A stretch of DNA of 64,000 nt from Candidatus Latescibacterota bacterium (GTDB lineage: Bacteria > Latescibacterota > UBA2968 > GCA-2709665). Location of the stretch: NCBI GenBank assembly GCA_965248435.1, contig OZ252100.1:1056001-1120000 (forward strand), given 5' to 3'. Below, in pieces: positions 48,523 to 58,501 of this stretch (position 1 is its first letter; each line of letters opens with the position of its first letter). Position numbers and translations under genes: made by a program. The notes under the pieces were generated by a model. That model saw only the letters and a list, made by a program, of their open reading frames with translations. It made no database searches and was not told the DNA's origin.

Positions 48523-48555
48523 AGGGCGATGCCGATTCCTGTCTTGCATCGCCCT
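48523..48555 (-). terminator. Terminator-like hairpin after the TPR-PPIase gene
   Basis: AGGGCGATGC / GCATCGCCCT stem with a short T-run. Confidence 0.5.
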
Positions 48556-48585
48556 CTCTAATGAATCTTCCACAAACGTTTCAGA

Positions 48586-50139
48586 TCAGTTAATTCTAAA
48601 AATGATGTGATACCCCAGAGCCGTTTTGACCACTCCGCTGAGCTTGCCCACCCCCAGATTCAACACGGCCGCTTCGAATTCCACGTGCAAGTCCCCAGGC
48701 GAGAAAAAGCCAAGGTTTCCACCATCCTCTTTGGAGGCCGGGTCGATCGAATATTTTCGAGCCAGTTCAGCGAAGTCTCCGTTCGCTTTGAGTCTGCCAA
48801 GGACCTCGAGCGCCTCCTGCTTCGTCCTGACCAGAATGTGCCTCGCACTCAGTTCCCCGGCGCGAAGGGAAGCAACGACCTGAAGTCGTTGCTGGGCGTG
48901 TTTCAAGTCCGCAGCATTGTCGCTGTACTTCAGAGCCGCCTGGTAGGCGGTTTCTGCATCATCGAGCCTCTGAAGGAGCATGTGGACGAATCCCAGGTCA
49001 CTGTAAACGGTGACGTCCGTCGAATCTACAGACAATGCCTTTTTGAGTATGATGAGTGCCGAATCCGCGTCCTCCAGTCTCAGATAAAGCAATCCGAGGC
49101 CCTTGTATGGATCGACCCAGTCCGGTTCGAGTCGGATGGCCTCGTTGAATTCAAACCTGGCACGCGCTACCTCTCCACTCGAGAGCAGTAGCTGCCCGAG
49201 CGCGAGCCGAACTGAGGGATCCTTCGGGAGCATCTGAGCCAGATTCTGGTACTCGCCGATCGCACGGTCCAGATTGCCCTGCTCCGCGTAGAGCTGCCCC
49301 AAAGCGTCTCGGACCTCCAGGTCTTCTGGATTCAGTTCAACGGCCTTGATGAACGACTGCAGGGCCACGTCGTATGAGTCCACCTCGGAAGCCATAAAGC
49401 CCATGGCTCGAAAGACACTGGGATCTTTTGGGGCGACTTCAGCGGCCCGCCGGTAGGCCTTGAATGCCTCCGAAACCTTCCCACTGGAATGGTAGACCCC
49501 TCCCAGGTTGACGAGCAACCGAACGTGATCAGGATGCCGTGACAACCCCTTGTTCAACACCTGAACCGCCGTTTCAAAATTCTCCGTTCCTACGTGTATC
49601 AATGCGAGGTGAGTGTAGGCGTCGGTAAAGTCCGGGTCTCTCGTGATCGCTTTTTCCAAATCATCAACGGCAAGCCCCGGAAGGCCACCACTGCCGTAGA
49701 TTACAGCCCGATTCAAAAGCAGCGCTGCAGACCCGGGATTCTGTTGTAGACCTTCGTTCAGGACCTCCAGGGCTCTTGGTCCGTCACCAACCTTCACGTA
49801 TAGCAAGGCTAGACCGTTGTATCCGTCCACCAGATCAGGCCTCAGCTCGATCGAGCGACGAAACGCGGCTCGCGCGTCCTCTATTCGCCCGGTCTCTGTG
49901 TAAAGCGTCCCCAGATAACCCTGCGCTTCGGCGCTGTCGGCGTATGCGGACACAAAGGACTGTGCGACAATCAGGGCAGAATCAATTTTCCCGGCGCCGT
50001 AGTAGGCATCGATATCCCCTCTGAAGTCACGCGCAAGGAGAAGCGTGGGCCGGCAGAGCAAACCAAGGCACAGGATCGACAGAATGAAGGTGCCTGTTTT
50101 ACGTCTGCTCACATCTTGACAAGAGTCAGGCTTCCACAT
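48586..50139 (-). CDS. TPR-repeat protein with C-terminal parvulin-type peptidyl-prolyl isomerase
   Basis: Signal/anchor helix, many TPR repeats, ARHILV...FAELARKYS.D...GGNLG.F...EFE...GYHII. Confidence 0.85.
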   Translation of the reverse strand: MWKPDSCQDVSRRKTGTFILSILCLGLLCRPTLLLARDFRGDIDAYYGAGKIDSALIVAQSFVSAYADSAEAQGYLGTLYTETGRIEDARAAFRRSIELRPDLVDGYNGLALLYVKVGDGPRALEVLNEGLQQNPGSAALLLNRAVIYGSGGLPGLAVDDLEKAITRDPDFTDAYTHLALIHVGTENFETAVQVLNKGLSRHPDHVRLLVNLGGVYHSSGKVSEAFKAYRRAAEVAPKDPSVFRAMGFMASEVDSYDVALQSFIKAVELNPEDLEVRDALGQLYAEQGNLDRAIGEYQNLAQMLPKDPSVRLALGQLLLSSGEVARARFEFNEAIRLEPDWVDPYKGLGLLYLRLEDADSALIILKKALSVDSTDVTVYSDLGFVHMLLQRLDDAETAYQAALKYSDNAADLKHAQQRLQVVASLRAGELSARHILVRTKQEALEVLGRLKANGDFAELARKYSIDPASKEDGGNLGFFSPGDLHVEFEAAVLNLGVGKLSGVVKTALGYHIIFRIN

Positions 50140-50176
50140 ATAATCCCTCAAAAAATACGACCTGGTTAATGAACCC

Positions 50177-50794
50177 GTGAAACTAGAACTGCTTCCACAT
50201 ATCGTCACGTCAATCGTCTTCGTGGTCTCTATCCTGGCTTACGACTTCCTTGCCCCCAAGATCCCCATTCATTGGGGTATCGACGGCCGAATCGACACCA
50301 CCGCATCCAAGGGCTGGGGCATCTACCTGAATCCCGGGGCCATGGTATTGACGTACGTCTTCTTTTGGCTCATCACTTATATCGATCGGCCCCGGGTCAG
50401 GCGGCTACGAGAAGTCGGCGTCTATGACGCCCTGAGAGATGGCGCGGTCTCTCTTTTCGGCTATGCCCAGCTGCTTGCCGTGGGTAGCGGACTCGATTGG
50501 GTGAGCACCGAAGCCAACTTCCTGGTCGGAGCATCCTCGATCTGGATTCTCGTCGCCGGCTTGCACCTTCGGCGTCCTCCACACGTCAAAGTCTTCTGGT
50601 TACTCAGCCGCATGGGGATTGTGTCTTCCGATACAGCAGCAGCACATCTCTACGGAATCCTGATCGTTGCCGGAGCAGCCGGGGTTTGCGGCACCTTTAC
50701 CGGACGAGCCCAGATTTGGTGGCCGACCGCCGCACTTGGACTGGGTCTGTTCTGGACTCGGAGACGTTTCTCTTCCGCAAGTTCATCCACGTGA
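50177..50794 (+). CDS. DUF1648/SdpI-like membrane protein
   Basis: PKIPIHWGIDGRID motif after the first TM helix; multiple TM segments. Confidence 0.7.
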   Translation: MKLELLPHIVTSIVFVVSILAYDFLAPKIPIHWGIDGRIDTTASKGWGIYLNPGAMVLTYVFFWLITYIDRPRVRRLREVGVYDALRDGAVSLFGYAQLLAVGSGLDWVSTEANFLVGASSIWILVAGLHLRRPPHVKVFWLLSRMGIVSSDTAAAHLYGILIVAGAAGVCGTFTGRAQIWWPTAALGLGLFWTRRRFSSASSST

Positions 50795-51678
50795 ACTCAC
50801 ATACCCCGCGCTTGACCCTGAGCGCTTGCGCCCTTGCTCTGCTCACTGCAATGCTCTGGGGTGGGCTCTCCGTCTCCATCAAAGTGGCCCTTGGTGGCCT
50901 GCCCCCCTTTCTGCTTGCCGCGGCTCGCTTCCTGCTCGGCCTGATCACCGTCTTCATCTGGGTCTTCTTCAGCCGGATTCCCCTGCGCCTTGCTCCCGGA
51001 GAACGACGCGGACTCCTCCTCCTCATCCCGCTGTTTGTCGGGCAGATCTACGTCTTGAACCTGGGCACACATCTTACCCTGGCCAGCCGAGCCACGATCT
51101 TCACCTGCTCCTATCCCCTTTTCACTGCGCTGCTTGCCCACTTCACCCTCGACGGCGATCGCCTGAGTGTGTCCAAAGGGGTCGGAATGGCTCTCTCTTT
51201 CGGGGGCGTCCTCCTGGTCTTCGCGGAAAGCCTGGCCCTGCACGAACTCAGCTACATCCCAGGGGACCTATTGTCGCTCGGAAGCGGCTTCCTCCTGGGG
51301 GCACGCCACGTCTACGCGAAACACCTCTTGAAAGATATCCATCCGGGCAAATTGCTTTTCTGGCAAGCGACCCTGAGCGTGCCGTGCTTCCTGCTCCTGA
51401 GCGCCGCTTTTGAGCAGCAAGTCCACTACGCGTTCACCCCTGAGATCGGAGTGGCCATTCTCTATCAGGGGATGGTCGTCGCAGGCTTCTGCTTTATCGT
51501 TATGACCAGTCTGCTTAGAAAGTACCGCGCAAGTCAGCTGGGTACATTCGGCTTTGCTACCCCTGTCTTCGGTGTGCTCCTCAGCAACATTTTGCTCGCA
51601 GAACCGATTTCTGCGGGCCTCCTCGCGAGTATGCTTCTCGTAGGCGCCGGCATCGCTATCGTCAACAGAGAAAGCTGA
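50791..51678 (+). CDS. DMT/EamA family transporter
   Basis: LWGG..VSIK, PPFLLAAARF, PLFTALLA, TPVFGVLLS.ILLAEP; GTG overlaps the upstream stop. Confidence 0.88.
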   Translation: MNSHTPRLTLSACALALLTAMLWGGLSVSIKVALGGLPPFLLAAARFLLGLITVFIWVFFSRIPLRLAPGERRGLLLLIPLFVGQIYVLNLGTHLTLASRATIFTCSYPLFTALLAHFTLDGDRLSVSKGVGMALSFGGVLLVFAESLALHELSYIPGDLLSLGSGFLLGARHVYAKHLLKDIHPGKLLFWQATLSVPCFLLLSAAFEQQVHYAFTPEIGVAILYQGMVVAGFCFIVMTSLLRKYRASQLGTFGFATPVFGVLLSNILLAEPISAGLLASMLLVGAGIAIVNRES

Positions 51679-51696
51679 CTGCCTTCCCATCGTTCC

Positions 51697-53037
51697 TCAA
51701 TCTCCTACAAGCACAAACGCCACGTCTGCCACATTTGTTCCCGTTGGCCCTGTCATCACCAGGTCCTCGAGGGCCTTGAAGTAGTGGTAGGCGTCGTTAT
51801 TCTTCAGATAGGCGTTAGCCGAAAGCCCGAGTTCCGCTGCCCGGGAAATCGTGAAGCCGTCGGCTACAGCCCCGGCCGCGTCTGTTGGGCCGTCTGTACC
51901 ATCTGTGCCCCCGCTGAAGAGTACCACACCGTCCCAACCCGCGAGTTGCAGGGCGCCAGCCAGGGCGATTTCCTGATTTCTGCCTCCCTTACCCGATCCG
52001 CGGACCGTTACGGTCGTCTCCCCACCCGCGATCACACAGGCTGGCGTACGGACGGGTTGCCCCGAAGTCAACACCTCCTTCGCGACCGCCGAATAGACGT
52101 GCGCGACTTCTCTGGCCTCACCCTCGAGTCTGGTGGACAGGACCAGTGTATTGTAGCCCAGCTCCTTGGCCCGATCCTTTGCTGCTGATACCGCCAGGCC
52201 GTTGCTCCCCACCACAACGTTCTGACATCGCTCGAGCGCCTCATCACCAGGCTTGGGTGTGTCTGGAATACGCCCTGCAAGGCCTTCCTGCATCCGATCC
52301 TGGACGGACGGTGGAAGCTGGTCGCCCAGGTCGTATTTATCCACGATCTCCTGGCAGGTCTTGAAGGTGGAGGTATCGGGCACGGTCGGGCCTGACGCGA
52401 TCACATCCAGAGGATCCCCGATGACGTCCGATAGCATCAGGGCGACGACACGGGCCGGAAAAGCCGCACGCGCCAACCCACCCCCTTTGATTTGGGAAAA
52501 ATGTTTCCTGATCGCATTCAGCTCCACGATATTGGCGCCGCACTCCAGGAGAAGCCGCGTCGTCTCCTGTTTTTCCGCGAGCGTGATGCCCTCCGAGGGG
52601 GCGGGCATCAGCGCGGATCCCCCACCCGATATCAAACAGATCACCAATGTCCGCTCGTCTGCACTTTTGAGGAGTTCTAGGATTTTGAGAGTGCCCTGCA
52701 CGCCGGCCTCATCCGGGACGGGATGCCCGCACTCCACGATCTCGATTCGTTCTAGAGGTTCTGAATGTCCGTACTTCGTATTCACGATCCCGCTCGTCAA
52801 TCTCGCCCCGAGGATGTCCTCCAGGGCAACCCCCATACGCGGCGAGGCCTTCCCCGTCCCCACCGCCAGGATCTGCTCGAACTGGCTCAAATCGTAGGAT
52901 CCGTCCCCGACCACCAGTCTATCCCCCTCGAGCGAGACGAATCGGCGCACGCACTCCTCTGCATCCACGGCGCGAACCGCCGCATCGAAGATGGTTCGGG
53001 CATCCTGCCGCAGCTCTTCTACCGACTCCTGAGTCAT
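51697..53037 (-). CDS. Glycerate 2-kinase (MOFRL/TtuD family)
   Basis: GTGKA, GHPVPD, ISGGGSAL, SDVIGD, IASGPT, GGETTV, GGRNQE, TDGTDG, GPTGTNVAD. Confidence 0.92.
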   Translation of the reverse strand: MTQESVEELRQDARTIFDAAVRAVDAEECVRRFVSLEGDRLVVGDGSYDLSQFEQILAVGTGKASPRMGVALEDILGARLTSGIVNTKYGHSEPLERIEIVECGHPVPDEAGVQGTLKILELLKSADERTLVICLISGGGSALMPAPSEGITLAEKQETTRLLLECGANIVELNAIRKHFSQIKGGGLARAAFPARVVALMLSDVIGDPLDVIASGPTVPDTSTFKTCQEIVDKYDLGDQLPPSVQDRMQEGLAGRIPDTPKPGDEALERCQNVVVGSNGLAVSAAKDRAKELGYNTLVLSTRLEGEAREVAHVYSAVAKEVLTSGQPVRTPACVIAGGETTVTVRGSGKGGRNQEIALAGALQLAGWDGVVLFSGGTDGTDGPTDAAGAVADGFTISRAAELGLSANAYLKNNDAYHYFKALEDLVMTGPTGTNVADVAFVLVGD

Positions 53038-53741
53038 TTGATTCGCTCCTCATATTCCACGATGGCCTGTTCCTGCTCATCGGACTCCACTGAGCCGGGG
53101 CGTTTCTCCCGGACATCCTGAAGTGCCATTTGCGCGGGCTGGCCACAGTAGACCAGATAGCAGGTCAGCATCGTTCCGGTCCGGCCGTATCCGCCCAAAC
53201 AGTGCACACCCACAGGTTTATTCTCGAGCAGTCTTTCGTCAATGTACTCCACGAACTGGTCAATCTGGTCGGGGGTTGGGGCCTTCCTATCTGGTATGGG
53301 CAGGTGCAATACCTCAAATCCCATCGCGCTCAGGGTTTCGCCATCAAGCGGGGTTTCTGTAAGAGAAACGAGAGTATGAATACCCTGCTCCCGGAGGAAG
53401 GACAGGTCCGCTTCAAGACGTTTCGTGGACAGATCGAACCTATCCAGAGATCCGCCATCACTTCCGAATCCCTCGCGATAGCCGGCAAGGATACCCCAGA
53501 TGTCTCTGAACTTTTTATAGAGATCCAGCATTCGCTGGTCCAATTGAAGCGCACCGCTCGCCTTAATCCCAATCCGTTTCGCGAGCTTTTGCCTGTCCGA
53601 AGAGAGGGAAGGTGAAAACCAGAGCCAGGAGAGGAACCGTCGCTCGTGTGGCAGCATTTCACCTGCCAACTCGAGTCCACATCCCGGGCGACCGATGCCG
53701 GCCAAACACCCTTTCGTGATCCACTCAAAATTATGCGGCAT
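53034..53741 (-). CDS. Dual-specificity protein phosphatase with ~85-aa insertion
   Basis: NFEW...LAGIGRPG, VSLTE, HLPIPD, VHCLGGYGRTG (CX5R), RPGSVE..EQ; AGGAG RBS before ATG 53741. Confidence 0.88.
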   Translation of the reverse strand: MPHNFEWITKGCLAGIGRPGCGLELAGEMLPHERRFLSWLWFSPSLSSDRQKLAKRIGIKASGALQLDQRMLDLYKKFRDIWGILAGYREGFGSDGGSLDRFDLSTKRLEADLSFLREQGIHTLVSLTETPLDGETLSAMGFEVLHLPIPDRKAPTPDQIDQFVEYIDERLLENKPVGVHCLGGYGRTGTMLTCYLVYCGQPAQMALQDVREKRPGSVESDEQEQAIVEYEERIK

Positions 53742-53745
53742 GCAG

Positions 53746-56178
53746 TTACTCCTGAATTTTGAACCTCGCGATGGCCCTGGCACTCTTGCCGCTGTTCTCG
53801 TCCGTAACCTTGATCCTCAACAGCTGACGACCCGGCTCCGATCGAGACATATCCAGCTCCAGATATCCCTGCTCATCAGACTCAGAGCCGATCTGTTCGT
53901 ACTCGATCGTTATAATGCCGCGCTCTTCGCGCTGGTCGAGCAGGTTACCGAATCCTCCAAGGATGCGGGCCCCGATTGACTTCCGTTCCAGCGACCGAAC
54001 CTCATACGACACGCGATACTTCGTGGCTCCGAACTCATCCTGCTTGAGGTTGTAAATCTCATAATAGATGAAAACCGGCTGGCCTGGCAGATAGGCCTTC
54101 GATGCCATAGGAACAACAGCAATGTCTCCCTTCTGGAATCGCCCTTGATCTGCGACTTCGATCGCGCCGGCCAGCTCGATATCGCTCAGCATGAGCGATT
54201 CGCCACCGTATCCCTTCACGATCCTGTTCTGACTGTAAACCTGCGATTTCCCGGAACTCCGATCCATAACCTGCACTGCCAGGCGATAGCTACCCGGCGA
54301 GAGTTCGACCCGGTCCATTTCCGGGATGAATGCCCCCGCGGACTTCTCCACATCCCCCCTCACGAGCAGGGGCATGTCGTGGCTCACCCGGTGCACTTCC
54401 CTGTCGGATGCGTCGTAGATGGCCACGCCTCGCTCGAGATGGACGCTCTGTGCACCGTCCTCTGTGGGCACAACCGTAAGATCCTTCATCGGAATACCGA
54501 AGTAGATCTCCAGCCCACTCTCCTTCTCTTTTCCCTTGAACGCGGCCGTGTAGAAGTAGAACTCGAGTATACCAGAGACAAAGTCAGGTTCGTACGTATT
54601 CGGCGTCTTGAGCGCCACCCGCTGGACGACGACCTCGGGGTTCATCGCGCGCCAGATCTGCGCTGTTCGGTCTGTCCCTAGTGGCATCCTCGCGTACTCG
54701 TAGGATCCGCTCTGCCCTCGCTGTACGAATGTCACCTCGATCCCGGGTCCCACATCGGCATAGATCCAGTACTCCCAGGATGCGTGATCGGCGACAGGGT
54801 AGACGGGCCACCCGAGGATCGTTGCCGTTCTCAGCCTGGACTCCTCCACGATCTGCTGACCTGACCGCCCCTCCTCCTCCCCCTCCGGATCCTCGTCAAC
54901 CGAGAGCCTCCCTTCTGCTACGAATCCCGCCCGTCTCGTCATCCTCTCCCGGTCTCGGATCAACTGGGGAATCGCCTCTCCCGCGCGGTGGATCAGGCGG
55001 TCTTTGAGGGCAACCAGCTTGGGGTCCCGCTCAAGTCGTATGTCCTTCAAACGGCTCACGTGATCCGGTTCCCCGTACCGGATATAGGCCTTACCCCTGT
55101 CGTCCCAGGGATAGGTTGCGGAACCGTAGTGCTCCCTTGCGTGGGCGACCCGGCGATAATGCTCCAACAGCCGTTCGTTCGCTTCTGTCACAGGGGCTGG
55201 GTCTCGATCCCTCCAGAACGTTTCCGAAATCGCCTTTCGTTCCTCTTCAGATGCCGCTTCGAAGCGCTGAAGCTCCCTTCCTCCGGCCACGAGTCTCAAG
55301 TCGGCATAGAGCGCCTGCTCTTTCGGGTCCAATGCTTCGATGTAGGTTTCGAACAAAGACTGGGAACGGTCGAAATCCCGCCGGTCCTGATGGACCGAAG
55401 CCAGCTCAAGCACCGCGTGACGCCGATACGGATTGGGTGTCACGGCAACCCCTTCGAGCACTGCCGCCGCCTCGTCGTTTCGACCCTGGTGGTTCAGCAC
55501 GACACCCAGCCGAAGCTGGGCGCCAAAGTGCGCTGGATGCACATCGACCTGCCGCCTGTAGGCGGTTTCCGCTTTCGAGAACTCTTCAGCCGCTTCGTGG
55601 ATGCGCCCGAGCTGAAACAGGGCGTCTGGGTGATCGGGATCGATCTTCAGTACGTCTTGGTACGCACCAAGGGTCTCGCTGCTCACATACTGCTGAAAGG
55701 TCTGCGCCAGGTTGTACTGCGCTTCCGCGTAGGCCTTGTCAGATCGAAGGGCGTCCCGGAAGAACCCGATCGCCTTCCGAAGCCCCTTGTCTTTCTCCCG
55801 GTAGACCAGCCCCAGGCCGTTGAAGGCCGGCGCGAATTTCTTCTGTTTGCGCAGCGCCTGCCTGAAGGCCTTTTCTGCTTCCTTTAAGTTTTTCTGTTGC
55901 AGGTGGATATGACCCAAGCCGACGTACGACTGCGCGTGCCTGTCGTGGATCCCGATGGCTTTTCGGAACCGATCAGCGGCCTCACCAAGCTGCTCCGCCT
56001 CCTGAAGCGCGAGGCCTTCCTTATAGAGGGCCTCGGCACGGGCCTCTGTTGAGTCCTCTGAAGCTGTGCTCACGGGAACAGCTAGCCAGACGACGATGAA
56101 AGCGGTAGATCGGTATAGCCCTAACAACAGGCACCTCCAACATTGTCGTGTTCGAGACTCGACGCGATCCCCATCCAA
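53746..56178 (-). CDS. TPR-repeat + GWxTD-type domain exported protein
   Basis: TPR array, FW..RDPAP...NERL.EHYRRV..A...PWDDRGKAYIRYGEPD, IYYEIYNL; start uncertain. Confidence 0.8.
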   Translation of the reverse strand: MDGDRVESRTRQCWRCLLLGLYRSTAFIVVWLAVPVSTASEDSTEARAEALYKEGLALQEAEQLGEAADRFRKAIGIHDRHAQSYVGLGHIHLQQKNLKEAEKAFRQALRKQKKFAPAFNGLGLVYREKDKGLRKAIGFFRDALRSDKAYAEAQYNLAQTFQQYVSSETLGAYQDVLKIDPDHPDALFQLGRIHEAAEEFSKAETAYRRQVDVHPAHFGAQLRLGVVLNHQGRNDEAAAVLEGVAVTPNPYRRHAVLELASVHQDRRDFDRSQSLFETYIEALDPKEQALYADLRLVAGGRELQRFEAASEEERKAISETFWRDRDPAPVTEANERLLEHYRRVAHAREHYGSATYPWDDRGKAYIRYGEPDHVSRLKDIRLERDPKLVALKDRLIHRAGEAIPQLIRDRERMTRRAGFVAEGRLSVDEDPEGEEEGRSGQQIVEESRLRTATILGWPVYPVADHASWEYWIYADVGPGIEVTFVQRGQSGSYEYARMPLGTDRTAQIWRAMNPEVVVQRVALKTPNTYEPDFVSGILEFYFYTAAFKGKEKESGLEIYFGIPMKDLTVVPTEDGAQSVHLERGVAIYDASDREVHRVSHDMPLLVRGDVEKSAGAFIPEMDRVELSPGSYRLAVQVMDRSSGKSQVYSQNRIVKGYGGESLMLSDIELAGAIEVADQGRFQKGDIAVVPMASKAYLPGQPVFIYYEIYNLKQDEFGATKYRVSYEVRSLERKSIGARILGGFGNLLDQREERGIITIEYEQIGSESDEQGYLELDMSRSEPGRQLLRIKVTDENSGKSARAIARFKIQE

Positions 56179-56260
56179 ACGGAGAACCGAACCTCTTACC
56201 GAATTTTTATGATAAACAAATCCGGTCTCAGAAACAAGCCGTGGGGCAGCGACGCCTTAA

Positions 56261-57253
56261 CTAAGCTAAGAAGCGTATGGATCCTGCGTCAGATTCGATC
56301 CATTCAATCAAATGGGAATAAGCCTCAATCCAGGCCAAAGCCTGATCGTTGGCCCGCTCGAGAAGACCGATCTTCAGCCAAAGGGTCAGCCCGCGAACCA
56401 GGGAAAGGGTCAAGACGTCGGGGAGAAGTCTGGCCTCTTCTTCGGTCAGACCCGCGGTTTGATGATACGTTTGCAGAAATGTGATGCGATCCTCAGGACC
56501 GAGCGGCGAACTGCCAATCACGGCTTGAAAGAACAAAACAGCGTATGCAGTATCGAACAGCCTTGGGGCAGGTCGAGCACCGTCCAGATCCAGGATACCC
56601 GAGATCTCAGGACCCTTGAACAAAAGATTCTGACCCCGAAAATCACCGTGAATGATCGCCCTTGGCAGCGATCCGAGTTCGTCCATGTTCAGATCGTTGA
56701 CGACTCGGTGAAGGAGACAACGCAACTGCTTTCCTTCGCTCGGCAGTCGACTCATGTCGTCGGCCCCAAGATCATTCCAGATTTTGCTGGCAGCTTCGCA
56801 CAAATCGTCTGTGAAAGATGACGATGAATGTCCAGATGGCGGCATTTCGGAGGTAGCGAGGTGCATCTGTCCCAGTAGGTCAGCCGCCGCGTTCAATTGG
56901 CTTACATCTCCCGGAACGTAGCTCTCTCCCTCCAGGAAGGGCCAGAGCAGGAGGACGTGTCCCTCGACGGACAACAGCGTGGATCCATCCAGGCCCTGAA
57001 TCGGCAGGGGCGCCGGGAATCCTGCAGAACCGAGGTGCTCGCTCACCGAGACGCCGAATGCAAGCTGCTTGGCATTCACCTCTTTCTCCTGATAAACCTT
57101 CAGCAGCCAATCGCCACCCTGGCCTGACAATCTCGCAGTCGTGCTGAAATATCCTTGTTTGACCTGTTCGATCTCTACCGTCAGGCCGTAACGCTCTGTT
57201 ACAAACTGCCTCAGACGATGCTCAGAAAGATTCAACTTGCTTTGATAAGGCAC
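56261..57253 (-). CDS. APH / type II homoserine kinase family phosphotransferase
   Basis: LLKVY, LGQMH, IIHGDFRGQNLLF, ILDLD. Confidence 0.8.
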   Translation of the reverse strand: MPYQSKLNLSEHRLRQFVTERYGLTVEIEQVKQGYFSTTARLSGQGGDWLLKVYQEKEVNAKQLAFGVSVSEHLGSAGFPAPLPIQGLDGSTLLSVEGHVLLLWPFLEGESYVPGDVSQLNAAADLLGQMHLATSEMPPSGHSSSSFTDDLCEAASKIWNDLGADDMSRLPSEGKQLRCLLHRVVNDLNMDELGSLPRAIIHGDFRGQNLLFKGPEISGILDLDGARPAPRLFDTAYAVLFFQAVIGSSPLGPEDRITFLQTYHQTAGLTEEEARLLPDVLTLSLVRGLTLWLKIGLLERANDQALAWIEAYSHLIEWIESDAGSIRFLA

Positions 57254-57273
57254 CTATTCCCCCGGTCTTGATA

Positions 57274-58164
57274 TCAAAACCTTTCCGACACATCCGCCTT
57301 GAGAAATTCCAAAAACATATCAGCCGCCTGAGACAGCCGGCCCCCGGCTCGTCTTACCACACCCACTTTCCGCATCGGGAGATCCTTTACTCGCGCAGTT
57401 GCAAGTTTATCGCTCTGAATCTCTGAACTGACGGCCACCTTCGGCACGATGGCGATGCCTAATCCAATCTCTACGAACCGTTTGATCACCTCTATGCTTC
57501 CGAGTTCCATAGCGACCTCGGGGACAACACCTGCATCCAGGAAGGATCGGTCCATCAACGCTCGGCTCGTACTGCCGCGTTCAAGCACGAGCAGTGGACG
57601 TGCCCCGAGGTCCTTCAGCGCGACCGTGCCCTTTCCAGCGATGGAGTGACCGTGAGGGAAAATCGCCACATCTTCGCGATCGAAAAGCGGATAACTTTCC
57701 AGCCGAGGCTCTGCGACAGGAAGTGTAGCCAGGCCAAAATCGACAACGCCATCCAGCACGAGCTGTGCTACCCCTGGCGACATCCTGTCCATAAGGCGAA
57801 TCTCTACACCGGGGTAGGCCCCCCGAAAAGCCGTAACGGAGTAGGGCAGGACATAGGCGCAATTCGTGTCGCTTGCGCCGACCGAAACCCGACCTACGCG
57901 GAGTTCTCTCAAGGCAGACACTTCCTGTCTCGCGGACTCGACCGCATCAAAGATCTCCTCCGCCTTCCGAAGGAGCAGGCGGCCGGCCTCGGTCAGGATG
58001 ACCTGCTTCCCGCTTCGCTCGAACAGCCTTTCACCCAGTTCCTCCTCGAGCGCCTTGACCTGCAAACTCACGGCCGGCTGAGTCAGGAAGAGCTTCTTGG
58101 CAGCACGGGTAAAACTCTTCTCCCGTGCCGTTTCAAAGAAGCCCCTTAGCTGATCGAGATCCAT
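57274..58164 (-). CDS. LysR family transcriptional regulator
   Basis: QLRGF...SFTRAAKKLFLTQPAVSLQVKALEEELGERLFER HTH; LysR substrate-binding domain. Confidence 0.93.
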   Translation of the reverse strand: MDLDQLRGFFETAREKSFTRAAKKLFLTQPAVSLQVKALEEELGERLFERSGKQVILTEAGRLLLRKAEEIFDAVESARQEVSALRELRVGRVSVGASDTNCAYVLPYSVTAFRGAYPGVEIRLMDRMSPGVAQLVLDGVVDFGLATLPVAEPRLESYPLFDREDVAIFPHGHSIAGKGTVALKDLGARPLLVLERGSTSRALMDRSFLDAGVVPEVAMELGSIEVIKRFVEIGLGIAIVPKVAVSSEIQSDKLATARVKDLPMRKVGVVRRAGGRLSQAADMFLEFLKADVSERF

Positions 58165-58223
58165 GTCGACTAATCCGAGAAACAACGACGCGTATGTGAA
58201 TAAATTGAATTAATGCTTAAAGT

Positions 58224-58252
58224 ATGTTATGCCCTGCAGCGGACTGTGTCAA
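58224..58252 (-). promoter_or_regulatory. sigma70-type promoter of the LysR operon
   Basis: TTGACA-17 nt-TAACAT. Confidence 0.6.
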
Positions 58253-58313
58253 CACGTGAGATAAAAGGAAGCCATCCTTGACTCGAGACCATGCCGTCCG
58301 TCGACTGCCAACC

Positions 58314-58352
58314 AAAAAAAAGGGTGGATTCCATATGATGGGATCCACCCTT
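58314..58352 (-). terminator. Rho-independent terminator
   Basis: AAGGGTGGATCCC...GGAATCCACCCTT followed by a T-run on the minus strand. Confidence 0.8.
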
Positions 58353-58501
58353 CGCGGCTTCCGACGCATCCGAACACCCGCTCTACTCCTCCCCCTCTCC
58401 CCCTCGAAGAAGAGAAAAAGTGGGCGAGGATGCTGGAAGCGCTTCTATATCAAAGTTTCTGCGATTAGTGCGGGACGTTTAGACGACTCTCCCAGATCTG
58501 T

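Noticed and set aside
50177-50794. SdpI-like protein as immunity gene of a toxin locus
   Set aside because: No toxin precursor or sdpAB-like genes adjacent
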